Positions 49,801 to 62,600 of a DNA stretch of 64,000 bases are shown in pieces; the first letter of the stretch is position 1; every line of letters begins with the position of its first letter. This DNA comes from Azolla caroliniana (taxonomy: Eukaryota; Plantae; Polypodiophyta), in NCBI GenBank assembly GCA_043228905.1, contig JBHGNT010000022.1:7378001-7442000 (forward strand), in the 5' to 3' direction. Under the pieces are notes generated by a model that worked only from the letters and a program-made list of their open reading frames with translations, was not told where the DNA came from and did no database searches. The translations under genes and the position numbers were made by a program.

Positions 49801-51926
49801 AGAAATCAAATTCTTTGTGATGGTGGGTACATGCAACACATTAGTCAAATGATTTGTATTACCACACGTTGTCGTGCCTTTCGGTGCCGGATCGTTTGCG
49901 TGAGTCGGGTGGGAACCGCTGGGGTTTTGGACTAGGAGAAAGAAGAATATGAGAGAAGGCTAGTAATCAATAGGTAGAAAGAAAGGTAAGTTATGAATCT
50001 CGTGAATCCCACGAGTTTAGTGTATTTAATCAATATTTAGATAGTAAGAGACAATTTTGATCACAAATTCATGAATCCCACGAATATATTATATTAATTG
50101 GTGTTTTAGGAAATATATCTAATTTCCAAATATTCCACACACTATTACATTGTGCTCCTCATCCTTATATAGTGATGAGAGAGTCTTCACAATCCATGCT
50201 TTTTCTCTAACTATAGACTATATGCTTTATCTAACATGCTTTTTCTAACTTTAGTTTTCATGCACACTGCATGTGCATGATTAGCTTTCTATCCCATCTT
50301 TTTCTTTTAACTCGAGTGTGTATGCATGAGTAACTTTTTGTACCATGCATATCTAGAATATTTACATAGGATAAAGTTTAATATAACTTTACAATTCATA
50401 ATGTATTAGTATACTGGTAAGGCTTAACATTATTAACATGGAGGTGCAAGGTTTGAATCTTGCCCTATGCATGTAATATATATATTTTTATATTTTCTTT
50501 TATTTACAAATATGTCTCTTCATCCGGTGAGAGACTCTCACCGGCCTTCTTCATCCGGTTCTTGCCAGGTCTGCTTCATCCGGTTCTCACCGGTTTTCTT
50601 TATCCGGTTCTCACCGGGTCCTCCTTACCGGTCCTCTTCGTCCGGCTCTTGTCGGTTCTGCTTGATCCGGTTCTTACTGGTTCTCCTTACCGGGTTGGTC
50701 CTTACCGGTTCCTCCTTTCGGTTCTCACCGGATACTCCATGTCCTATCCGGAAAGACCAAAAAATAATTTTTCACATAGTGTACGAATTACACTATGACA
50801 ACACATCTTGTAATGATATTTGCCCAACCAATTCAACACTATGCCTAGTACCATCCCCAGTTTGTACATAACTAAACACATTTGGAGCATGCAAATTCTC
50901 AAACACTTCCTTATTGTATGACATATGGTTACTACATCCACTATCTATATACCAATTATGATCAATATTTTTATCGTTATTACTCGGCACATGATTCATA
51001 ACAAGCAATTTTTTTGAATTGTCTTGACTTTTAGATGTAGAAGCATAATTATTGTTACCTTGACTTCTATGGTAATATTGATGTGCATAATGACCTTGTT
51101 TTCCGCACACATAACACGTGACGCTACCTTTCCTAGCTCCATATCTACCTCTTTGAGTATTTGTACTTCCACCTCTTCTTCCTCTTATATTCTCGTTACT
51201 TTGATTTTGTTGACTTTGTTCTTGAAATTGTGGTGGAAAACTCCTTCCTCTTCCACGACTTCGATTGTATCTGCCTCTTCCTTTGTTTCTTGCATAGAAC
51301 ACTTGAGATTGATTTGAACTAGAGGTTGAACCTTGCAAGTTCATTTCCTCTGTTACTATTAGAGCAACCAACTGATGAAAATCAGGCATACTATCTCTAA
51401 CATATACTGATGTAATGAATGATTTCCATTTATCATCTTCCCTTAAACCATTTAAACAGAACACAACTTTATCATCATTATCTATGGGACTTCCAATTGA
51501 TGCTAACACATCTATCAAATCCTTGATTTTCTAGACATAATCATTCATAGACATTGAGGGAGTTTTTTTAATATTATTCAACTCATTCTTTAGTTGAATT
51601 TTCCGTGCTTTCGTAATAGATGTATATAAATTTTCTAAACAATTCTAAACTTCCTCAGAAGTTTCTAACTGTTGAATATGACAAATCATTGAATTTGAAA
51701 TATTTTGTGACAACACAAAAATTACCATCTTATCTTTGTCGTTCCATTGCATGAAAACTTCACCTTGCTCATTAGTTGCTCCTCGGGTTGGTAAGGATGG
51801 CTTCACAATTGCCCCTGACACATATCCCCATAGATTTTTGCCTATCAAGTAGTTCTTCATACGAAACTTCCATGGCTTATAATTATTCTTGTCTAACTTC
51901 TCAATTTGAGAAGATATGTCAGCCAT
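46853..51926 (-). pseudogene. Copia F gag-pol (fragmented)
   Basis: WKFRMKNYLIGKNLW, CYVCGKQGH, WYIDSGCSNHM, HTDVWGP, IYVDD and ADIFTK, with stops, frameshifts and an insertion at 49870-50800. Confidence 0.9.
49870..50800 (-). mobile_element. Solo LTR inserted in copia F protease region
   Basis: TGTCG...TGACA termini. A 4-bp duplication (ACGT/ACAC, degenerate) restores the frame QISLQD-x-CGNTNHLTNVLHVP. CCGG repeat array at 50520-50750. Confidence 0.82.
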
Positions 51927-52434
51927 ATTACACAAAACAAGCTAGGCTTTTCTAAGCTCTGATACCAACTATTAGAGTTTTGGGAACTCTACATGCACAA
52001 CAAAACATGTAGTAGGCTTCCAAGATCAATAAATAACATACATGTATAGAGATAGAAACATAGACATCAACAAATGATGTAGATATAAAGGAAAGGTTCA
52101 ACCTATCATAGTATAAGAATGAAAAGATATGTATACAATATAGGGAGGAAGAGTTCTTACATATATGATTCTTCTACACTCAAAACTCTATAGACTTCTT
52201 TTATACTAGTGAAGAACTTTTGCATGAACACCACTTGTTAGACATGCTTTTCTGCATGCACACCACTTTTGCATGCATATATTATGACATGCAATTACCT
52301 TTATCATTAACTAATATTGACTATTGAATAATATAATATAATAAATCAATAATGGTATTATAGTTAAATCAAATAACTATGAACACATATGTCATGTGTT
52401 CAAGTCCTTCCAAGTATGAGCTTGACTGCTAACA

Positions 52435-52655
52435 TACATGTAGTTCCATGCAGAGACCCATTTTCATGGAGAAGCTTTTGGAGCTTCTAAAAACTCCTAG
52501 AACATGGAATAGATAAACTACTAATAATATACTTATATTTAAGATATACATAACATGACCATTTATTGGATGTGTTGGTTAAAACATAACACTTGATTAT
52601 AATACAAGAGGTCAAGGTTTCGAATCTTTGCATTATTGTTGTCATGTCCATGACA
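52435..52655 (-). mobile_element. Chromovirus-family LTR fragment, inverted; right arm of the foldback
   Basis: Reverse complement of 52812-53050. Confidence 0.8.
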
Positions 52656-53240
52656 TTACCTGGTCCTATGGAAAGGGTACCCCATTTCAAAGGCAACTTG
52701 GGAACCAACCCAACATTTCGTGAATGCACCGGACATTGTTCATGCATTTCATCACCAATATCCACAGAATCCAGGGCGACATCTTATGAGATAGCCTTAG
52801 CATGAGGATAATGTCATGGACATAACAACAGTCATGTCAAGATTCAAACTCTTGACTTGTATTATAATCAAGTGCTATGTTTTAACCAACACATCCAATA
52901 CATGGTCATGCTATGTATATCTTAGTAGATTGTAGTAGATTATCTATTCCATATTCTAGGAGTTTTTAGAAGCTTCTAGGAAGCTCAAGAAGCTGGAACA
53001 ATCCAGAAGCTTCTGCATGAAAATGGGTCTCTACATGGATCTACATGTAGAGCCCACAAAAATGTATAAATACATGGGTTCACCTTGACCCTTGTCAAGG
53101 TGAACAATGCCAATTACGAAATCCTATATTCTACTTTGTCTATCTCTTGCATCTTGTTCTATTTCTCAGTGTCCTACCTCTTGCCTAGCTCTATTATACT
53201 CTGCACTATCTATCTGTGATAATTTGTACTCAATCATACA
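52656..53240 (+). mobile_element. Chromovirus 3' end: chromodomain C-terminus plus 3' LTR (52812-~53240)
   Basis: YLVLWKGYPISKATWEPTQHFVNAPDIVHAFHHQYP at 52657-52770, then a TGTCATG LTR start like that at 12394. Confidence 0.82.
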
Positions 53241-55169
53241 AATGTCGTGTTGCAATGCATGATTAAACATATCACTTATCCATGCATGTGCTTCCTTTCT
53301 CATCCATTTGAGCATTTTCTAACTCTAATTGACAATAGACATTCCGTTTCCCCTTCTTCTCTAACAAGCCTCTTCTCACTTCTTCTAAACTTCAATTCTT
53401 CTTTATTCTCCTTCCTTTCCTTTTTGTTGTGTTCTTAAATTTTTTTATCTGTGACTTGCATTTTTTCTACTTTTTGACAGTTTTGAAAAATGCCTTTACC
53501 TTTATCCATTCAAGTTTCTTTTTTCTTTGATTGTTGTGATGCTTGATTCCTTGATATTGGCCTTTTTCTTGAGTGCTAGAGTTTCCAAACTAATTACAAC
53601 AATCTTTCCTTTGGAACAAAAACAAACTTCATAGTATCATTTAACTGGTACCTAATGTTTAGAGTTTATTGTTGAGGATAATTTTCTATTTCATATCCTT
53701 TAACTGGTACCTAATCAAACAGAGTCTAGTGTGCATTTAGGTTTTTGATACTATGATAATAACTTGGATTTGTTGCTTAGGACTAGGATTTTATAATGTG
53801 GATTAACCCTCTACTTTCTTAGAGTTAAACTATTATTTCATTAAAGAGATCTTGGACTCAAGAATAGATCCTAGACAAAGATGTCAAATTTCAATATACC
53901 TGGAGATCAATGGGCATGACCAAAGCACTTAGAGCGAACAAACTTGGAGAATGTTCAATGATTCTTGGTTTTATATGGGATAACCATAACTTATCCCGTG
54001 ATAGTTTTTATCATAGTTTTCTACATACGAGGAGAAGAGTGTCAGGGTTAATCGAGAGTGTAAAGAAAGGAGGATCACTTTAAATTCTAAGGATTGAAGT
54101 GTGAACTTGCCTATGGGGCTTGGGTCTGGCTATAAATATAAGGACTAACTAACCTCATTGGTGGGATTATTCAATTATTTGGAGACTGTAATCCTATGGT
54201 GAACAAACTCTTGTGGCAAGTGCATTCCAGTACTAGGTATGACTCAAGGCCCACAATGGAGGTATGGTACATTGTTTAGGGCTCAATTCCACCTCGATCC
54301 CTCGCGTCAATGTGGTTCGGTTGATTAGCACACTTCTTTCTCCCTCTGTCTCTTTCTTTTCTTATCTATTTCCTTACTCTCATTCTTAAAATAAATTATA
54401 TCTTGAATAATTGGTACTAGAGCAAGTTTCTAATGTTTTTTTATTGATTTTTTTTCTTGCTAATGATGATCTGTTGATGCTCATTTGAAGGATGTATCTA
54501 GAAAGTCATCAACAAAAGAACTTCAGTATCTCCTTTCCATCGATCAATAATTTATCTTTTTATTCTATTATTTTTTCTCCCGTGATTATAAATGCTTAAG
54601 TCGTTATGTTAAACTATGAAAGGATATCATTTGCTTTTTTTGAGTATAACTTGGCACGCTTGAAGTATGTGCCACCTTTGTTTCTTCCATCCCCTTCACC
54701 AAGGCACTTTGGCCCTCTCTTTATCGTCAAACCATTCTCACCTTCATTAGGCCCCATCCGCTCATCAACCTTGACTACTCATTGTAGCCGCTTTAAGTAC
54801 ATGCTTGCTTTTAGGCCTTTAGGTGCCCATGTTGATGCCCACATTTCATGTCCTTCACTTCGTCCTTTTTCGTGGTATTCTCTTATGTCAGAGTGGACCA
54901 CCATTCCTTTGATCTTCATGTTGGTGTCCGCCTTCAAGTCGGATGTCATGATGACATCCAAAAGAACACACGTTATTTCCATGCTAGTGCTCTCCTTCAA
55001 GATGGAGGAACACTCGTTGTAGGCACGCTAACCGTTTGGCCCTCGTTGTGCACTACGGTGTTGGTTTTGGCAACTTTGTCCTTCATATCAGCTTCGACCT
55101 TTACTTCCTCATTGCCACCTATTAGGATTTTGTCCCTCCTAATAGGAGAAGTCGGCAACCATATTCTGG

Positions 55170-55866
55170 TTGTTCGGCCAGATCAACTAGTGAATCGACT
55201 TGGGAGTTGACTAAATTGAGGGTCAACCAAAGTAAAGATCTTTGGGATCGACAAGTTAGACCAACCAACTAGTCGACTTGAGAAGAGGTCGAAGATAGAG
55301 AAGACTAGTCGGATCGACCGAGGGGTCAAAGACAAGGCCGACTAGTCGGATCGACTGAATAGTCGACAATAGGAGTCGGCTAGTTGGATCGACTAGATTG
55401 TCGACTTGTGGGTAGTGGGTCGTACAGTCAAGTCAACAAGACGGCCTATTAATTAATATTATTTTAATATTATAATAATATCTTATTCACACACACACAC
55501 ACACACACACCCACACACACACATGGAGCTAGGGCAAGATTATTATGTAGTAGTAGCAGTAGTATTATTGAATGATTTAAGAGATACAGAAGGTAGAAGA
55601 GAAAGTGAGTGAGTGTGAGTGAGTGACGACACAATTTTGTGGAACTCACCAACAACCCTAAGAAGGGATTCCTTGAGATCTGAGTGTTGTATGTAGAAAG
55701 CTTGAGAGCTTTGTAACCTATTTTTTGTACTCTTGAATCATAGTGAATATTTTGCTACCCCGTGGTTTTCCCCGTTTTAGGGTTTCCACGTAAATCTTGT
55801 GTATTTTAAGTTTCTATTTGTGTTTTTGTCTATCTTTCTCCTCATCTTCAGTCCTAAAACCCAACA
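55170..55866 (+). mobile_element. Degenerate copia-type LTR (GTCGAC/GACTAGTC repeats; U5 motif shared with A/B/C); left boundary uncertain
   Basis: CGTGGTTTTCCCCGTTTTAGGGTTTCCACGTAAA at 55761; ends ...CCCAACA. Confidence 0.55.
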
Positions 55867-57744
55867 CCACCTTCCATATCTTTGGTCAAAATTGCCTATG
55901 ATGAGGAAGTTCCTATGCGTTTGCCTTTTACCGCCTTTAGTAACATGGGGGTTTAGATGCTCGCCCCTTTGGTATCCAACTCAAGGTCTTGTGGTCGGGA
56001 GACGGGAAACATGGACGGGTCACACACAACAGTGCATGACATACACAATGTAGCAAAGTAAGTTTACATAGAAAAATACCTGATCAAATTATAGTATATG
56101 TGGAATATACGAACCGAGCTGGCTACAATCGACTGGTTACTTATGGCACATAGTAAAAGAATGGAGACTCTTACGACACAGACACAAAGTATATCAAACA
56201 AATATTCAATTAAATGATTAAGTCAATATAACTCAATGTGAACCACTACACTTCCTCTAATTATAATACATGCATTATATTATGTTTAAACTCCCTGTCT
56301 GCCCCCACCCGTCTCTGTTTCGACCCGCACTTGTCCCTATGGCTCTTTCACACCTTGGCCGTCCTGATCGGCCAACACATGGCATGCATGTGGGACAGTG
56401 CCTTGCATGCTCAAACCCAAAATGCTGGCTATGCGTCATCAAGAATGTGCAAAATGTTCGGCTCTTGCTTAGTCGATTCGTTGTTGCTGCTGGTGGTGTC
56501 GCCGGGTGGTACTAGAGCTTGCTTTGTGTGTTAGTTCCCCACTAGTTGTTCCTCTGTGGTCGCTTATCGGTTGTACTTCATCATTCGACCCTTCTTGATG
56601 GCATTCCTTGTTCAATATAGATCGTGGGTTCGACTCTAGCCGAGCCGTTTTGTCGATATGCTCTTTCTCCTCCGGTTGCTGAGTGGTTAAGACTTGCTTT
56701 GTCTGTTCCTTTGTCTGTTCTGCCGGCCTCGGTTGGGGTTGGTCGCCTTCCTTCTCAGCTGTTGTGAAGGATTTGCTTCACGATATAAAAATAGATTTAA
56801 ATATTGAATTCAGTAATTTTTCAAACACTTGAACCCACAACCTTATAAACCAAGCACAATGTATATGCCTTTGGGAAATAATATGATCAAACAAACAAGT
56901 TAGCTCATTTGGGAAGAGGCTCGTGTTTGAAGTTGGAGTTAAGGGTTCAAATCTAGAGTTCAGCAAAAGAAAAGTCAAATCTTGTGATCGACATTGTAAC
57001 TTTGGTAAAACCTTGTGTTGCTAATATAAAGCTTGTTCTTATAATACATTTTCGCTTCTTAAATCATACATTGTCTCTGTCATCTTATCTATGCTTGTCT
57101 CTCTCTCACACATTACTTTTAATTCTTCTTCTTCCTATCCTTAATCTTTCTAACATCAACGCACAAGCCTTATTAAAATTTACCCAACTCCCTTTAACCT
57201 TGGTCCCTACGACCTTGCCGCACGAACCACAACTACCCCGACACCGCCTTGTCCTGTTTGGCTTGCTCCACTAGGTGAGGTTGTTCGTCCGCAGGGGGTA
57301 CTGGGGGTATTTGGTCGGCCAACTCTTGGGATTGTTTGCTTGATTTGTTGTCAAGCAGATTGATATGCACGTTCTCATGCCCTTCCTGTGTGGGTCAGCT
57401 TTCGCCTGGATGCGTTTTTTTTCGTACACTTTCAATTCCAGGTCGAGTTGAAGATAGTTGTCCCCCAATTCTTCCAATAATGTCTATACTTCTGTAGAGT
57501 GGAGTTGGGCTAAGGAGTAGTAATCATTCAATAGCTCCTCCTGAATCATTGTGACGCTTTCTTCGCTGAGCTTGTAAAATCTTGTGCCTTCTTTCCGCTG
57601 ATTTTCTTGGTCCGCACGGAATATGTGCAATTAAGCTCCTTGGGCTGACTAGGCCTCCCATCCTTTTGCCATAGCATCGACAATCTTTTTCATGAACCAA
57701 TCCTTATGATTGTCGAGTAAACCTTTGATCCATTTTGTGCCCAT

Positions 57745-57993
57745 CTCCACTTTTATCGGCAATTCTTGTTCGTTGTTTTCGAGTTGCTTGATCTTCCTTG
57801 CAACCATTGTTGATTGTACTTCATACTGTGTTTGGATAATGCTCATGTTGGCATGCAAGTTACTCATCTCCTTCTCTATCCCCATTTCCACTTTTGTCCA
57901 CAATTCCTATTCATTGTTTTTGAGTTGCTTGATCTTCCTTGTGGCCACTGCTGATTGTACTTCATATCGTGCTTGGATAATGCTCATGTTGGC
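57745..57993. repeat. 141-bp tandem duplication within a decayed minus-strand coiled-coil ORF (probably TE-derived)
   Basis: GAGTTGCTTGATCTTCCTTG at 57781 and 57922. Confidence 0.8.
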
Positions 57994-58788
57994 CTGTGTA
58001 AAGAATCATGTATGATTCTTGTGTAGCGGAATAGGTGAGAGATGTGTGTTATGTGAGTGAGTGAGAGAGAGAGAGTGAGAGAGACAAGGAGTAATACACA
58101 GAGAATACCCAAGGTTAAGTATATTAACAAAGGAGAAAGACTCCACATAATACAAGGAGGGAGGAGGGTGCTTTATATAGTCACCCTCTCTCTTCATTAA
58201 CTATAAGACTCATGGAGCATGGGGAATGTGAAAGCTCATAAGTTATGTGTCATAGAATATGATTCTATGACTCATACTAAATGCTAGAATACAAAGTGGT
58301 GACATAATGGTGACTCTTGACCGTTGGAGTGTCTATTCACTCTCAAGGTGAGTTCACACACTAGACCAAGTTGAGCTTGATTCTCAACACTTGTAAGTTC
58401 CTCATCTCCTTCTCGTGCAACTCTTCCATTTGCGCCATTTCCTTCCCCAGTCCCTATTGAATCTCCTTTGTGAGTTGCCAATCTACCTCCAATTGGTCGT
58501 CGAACCATTGATTCTGTTTCCACGTTGCCTCTTGTTGTTCGTTGATTACCTCCTCTGCCTTGCCTAACATCTTCCTCTGGACCTCAAAATTGGCTAAAAG
58601 TTGTGTGTGTACCTTGTTAATTCGCGAAGTTGTACTTTTTGCTCGTTCGTGCTTTTCTTGGTGGTGGTGTGGATGCTAGCTTCCCTGTCCGACGATTGTC
58701 GTAATTCACCCCTTAGCCGGGTAATCTTGTTTTTTGCCATTGAGGCTGCTTTCTTCATTTTGGTGGCTATTGCCCTTTGCACCCGGAG

Positions 58789-58960
58789 TGTCGAATACAT
58801 GTGTATAATGGACGTATTCACACTATCCCGTTTTGGCCATTTATGTAATTAGCATAAAGGGTAGTTGCCCTAAGTCGGTCACTATATATAGTGACCTTGT
58901 AACCTTTTTGTAAGGTTGGATGTTGTATTATTGCTTTGTGGAATAAGGAGTCTTTTTGTG

Positions 58961-58997
<37 letters not shown>

Positions 58998-59083
58998 AAC
59001 GACCTACAATCTGTCATACGCAGGTATTCAGAACACAATCAAATGCTACTTGATCTTCCGCACAGACGACCTTGTCTTCAACA
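58789..59083 (+). repeat. 5' LTR of copia I (295 bp)
   Basis: TG...CA; the first 128 bp are identical to 63873-64000. Confidence 0.95.
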
Positions 59084-59665
59084 TCTGGTATCAGAGCCTG
59101 CACAGTAGTCGGTCCTTCAATCCGCTGTCGGCCGTCGTCTCAGCCTGCACAGTATTCGGTTTCCTGCGTCATTCGAAGAGAGAAGAAGAAGAAAAACGAG
59201 GTTTGCATCTCATCGCGTTAGATCATCTTCGCTTGGAGTAAGCCAGCAGGTTGTACTCTGTTCCTTGTGATCGTAACCGCTCGAGGTGAAATCCCCTTGT
59301 GCAACATTGACAACAACCCAAATTCGTGCTTCATCTGGCTGATCGACATTCGGGAGGATCAGTTGGATCCGTCTCTCTCGTTGCTGCAGCCACCCGAAGC
59401 AGAATCGGTCCAGATAATCGGTTTCAATAATCGGTATTCGGCATATATACCCGAAGCGAACCGGGCTCACTCCGACTCGGCAACATTCGGGAAGACCAGT
59501 CGGTTCTGTCCCTCAAGTTACCGGAGTCAATTCGAGCAAGTTCCGAAGCCGAACCGACTCGGGTTCAAATCCGACTAGAACGATATCGGGTGAGCCAACC
59601 GGCTGCACTCCAACAAGGTTCGTAGTCAACTCCGAACCGAGCTTCGTCAACCGAAACCGAATTTG

Positions 59666-62600
59666 ATGGCATCAACATCCGGCTCGTCAGAAATGAGTCT
59701 ACGAAAGTTCGATGGATCGAACTTCAACTTCTGGAAGGAGCAAATGCAGGACTATCTCATAGTCAAGGGGCAAATCGATCCCATCGAAAATGAAGAACCT
59801 CCAGAAGGATACAAACCAATTGAGTGGCAGAAGCTGGACAGAATTGTCCGCGCCACGATTCGGATGCACCTATCGGAATCGGTATACTTTACGGTGCAAT
59901 CGTGTACGACAGCATTCGAACTGTGGAAAACACTGTCGGACACTTACGAAAAGAAGGTCGCCGCAACGAAGATGTTTCTGATCCGGCGCCTCTACAACTT
60001 GCGGATGAAAGAATCCGATTCGGTTCAAGCACACCTCAATGAGTACGAAAGCATAAGCTCCCAAATCTCGTCACAGGGGACGGCAATCGAGGATGAACTC
60101 AGAGCAATGATACTCATGAGCAGCCTTCCCTCATCATGGGAAACTTTCGTCACAACCGTGTGCAACGCGTCAACCACGGCTGTTAAATACTCCGAAGTCA
60201 CGAGCGCAATCCTGACCGAAGCAGCTCGGAGAAAGTCTTTCGCCAAAGACTCAACAGACGACGCTTACGTAGTACAAGGTTCGACAGACCGATCGAACAT
60301 ACGAGGAAGAGATTCCTCACGGCCGCCGAACAATCAGCGAAGACGGAGCCAGTCACGGGATAACCGAATCTGCAACTATTGCAAGAAACCCGGACACATC
60401 AAAGCCGACTGCCGCGCACTCAAGAACAAGAACAACAAGAAGAGTGGCCGGCATGAGGAGATCAATTACGTCAGCTTCTCAGCTGATGTACTACCGGACG
60501 ACCCGAATATACTATCAATCGAAAATCCAGTCGGATCAGAAGTTCTACTCACGACTGAAGAATCGAGCACATGGCTCTTAGATTCGGGCGCGTCATTTCA
60601 CGTGACTCCTCATCGATCCCAATTTCGGCAATATACGATCCGTCACTCCGACTCAGTTCGAGTCGGCAACTCACAACACTGTGACATCATCGGAATCGGC
60701 ACAGTAGAGCTCAACCTTGCAGGTGGCTCTACACTTGTACTCCACAATGTCCGACATGTACCCGAGCTCTCAAGGCCATTGATCTCAGTCGGACAACTAG
60801 ATGAAGACGGCATTCGTGCCGGTTTTTCTTCGGGAGGGTGGACACTCCACAGGGGGAACCTCCTGCTTGCTAGAGGACCCAAGATACACTCACTGTATCC
60901 GTTACATGTTACGCTCAGAGAGGGTAACCTGTTTTTGGTGGATATTCCTGTGTCATCACTATGGCACCGAAGATTAGGACACCTCAGCAAGGCCGGCATT
61001 ACGCATCTATCTAGAGCCGGATACATCCCCAAACTCTCCTTCTCCGACCATCAATTCTGCGAGCATTGTCAGTATGGCAAACAAGCAGCCGCATCACACC
61101 CGACATCAGCACCAAGAGAAACGAGACCTCTCGATTTAGTCCATTCGGACGTCTGTGGCCCAATGCCGCATCAGTCTCTAGGCGGTGCCTCTTACTTCGT
61201 CACTTTTATTGACGATTCGACTCGAAAGGTGTGGGCTTATCCAATTCGCACCAAAGATCGGGTCTTCTCGATCTTCACCGATTGGCTCGCTATGGTAGAA
61301 AATCAAACCGACCGAAAGCTGAAATGCTTTCGGACAGACAATGGGGGAGAGTTTAAATCCGAAGAATTCGTCAAATTCTGCCGACAACGCGGCATCCGAC
61401 GTGAATTTACGGCACCACACAGTCCGGAGCAAAACGGGATTGCCGAACGCATGAATCGGACAATCCAAGAACGGACAGTTTCCATGCTCCAACACTCCGG
61501 ACTGTCGGATGGCTTCTGGGCAGAGGCTCTACTCACGGCAGTACACATAATCAATATGTCGCCAAGTAGACCTCTAGGACTTCAAATTCCTCAGGAACTA
61601 TGGATCGGCAGTAAGCCGAATTACGACAAGCTGAGGATCTTCGGATGCGAGGCGTACGCCCTTATTCCGAAAGATGATCGCCGAAAACTTGCACCTCGGT
61701 CCAGGAAATGCATTTTCCTTGGATATGGATCCGACGGCGAAATGGGATACCGACTCTGGGACCCCGAACGCAGACAAATCGTTCGAAGTTCGGACGTTGT
61801 GTTCAACGAGTCGGCTATGAATCCATCAGTCGAAAAACCGATCGAAGTCCGAAGGGTAACATTTTCCGATGTGCCGACCCTTCAAGAAGGCCCCGCTCTC
61901 AACACACGGTCAGCTTCACGGGTAGCTGAACCTTACACTACCGACTCGGACAACCCCGACTCGGCACAGCAGAACAATCCGCTTTCGGACCATCCGACCA
62001 CGATACCCGATGCGACCAGTCCAATCATACCTCGACGATCCGAGAGACTGTCGCAACCTCCGGAGAGGTATTCTCCTGGAATTTTCTTCACCGACGCCGG
62101 CGAACCGACGTCTTACGAAGAAGCATCGACATCTGTCGATTCAGCCACCTGGCATCTGGCGATGGAGTCGGAAATGCACTCCATTCGGGCAAACAAGACT
62201 TGGGATCTGGTTGAATTACCTAGGAACCGACGTGCTCTTCCTTGCAAGTGGGTTTATCGACTAAAAGAGACGTCTGATTCGACCACCCCAAAGTACAAGG
62301 CCAGATTAGTTGCGAAGGGCTTCCGACAAGAATATGGCGTCGACTTCGACGAGATTTTTTCACCAGTGGTGAAAATGACAACCCTCCGTTTTCTACTCGG
62401 CGTAGTGGCAGCCGACAACTTGGAGCTGATTCAGCTAGATGTCAAAACAGCCTTCCTCCATGGTGATCTCGAGGAGGAAATTTATATGGAGCAGCCAAAA
62501 GGCTTCGTGGCAACTGGCCAAGAACATCTAGTCTGCCGACTCAGGAAGAGTCTATACGGCCTCAAACAGGCACCGCGACAATGGTACAAGAAGTTCGACG

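Larger units (their letters stand above)
46382..52434 (-). mobile_element. Ty1/copia element F, full length, AT-rich, decayed
   Basis: LTRs at 46382-46845 and 51970-52434; TSD TACAT (46377-46381 and 52435-52439). PBS complement GCTCTGATACCA at 51956-51967; PPT complement at 46846-46853. Confidence 0.95.

Noticed and set aside
53240-56760. Additional LTR elements suggested by PBS-like TGGTACTAGAGC at ~54411 and ~56507
   Set aside because: I could not define paired LTRs, TSDs or coding domains.
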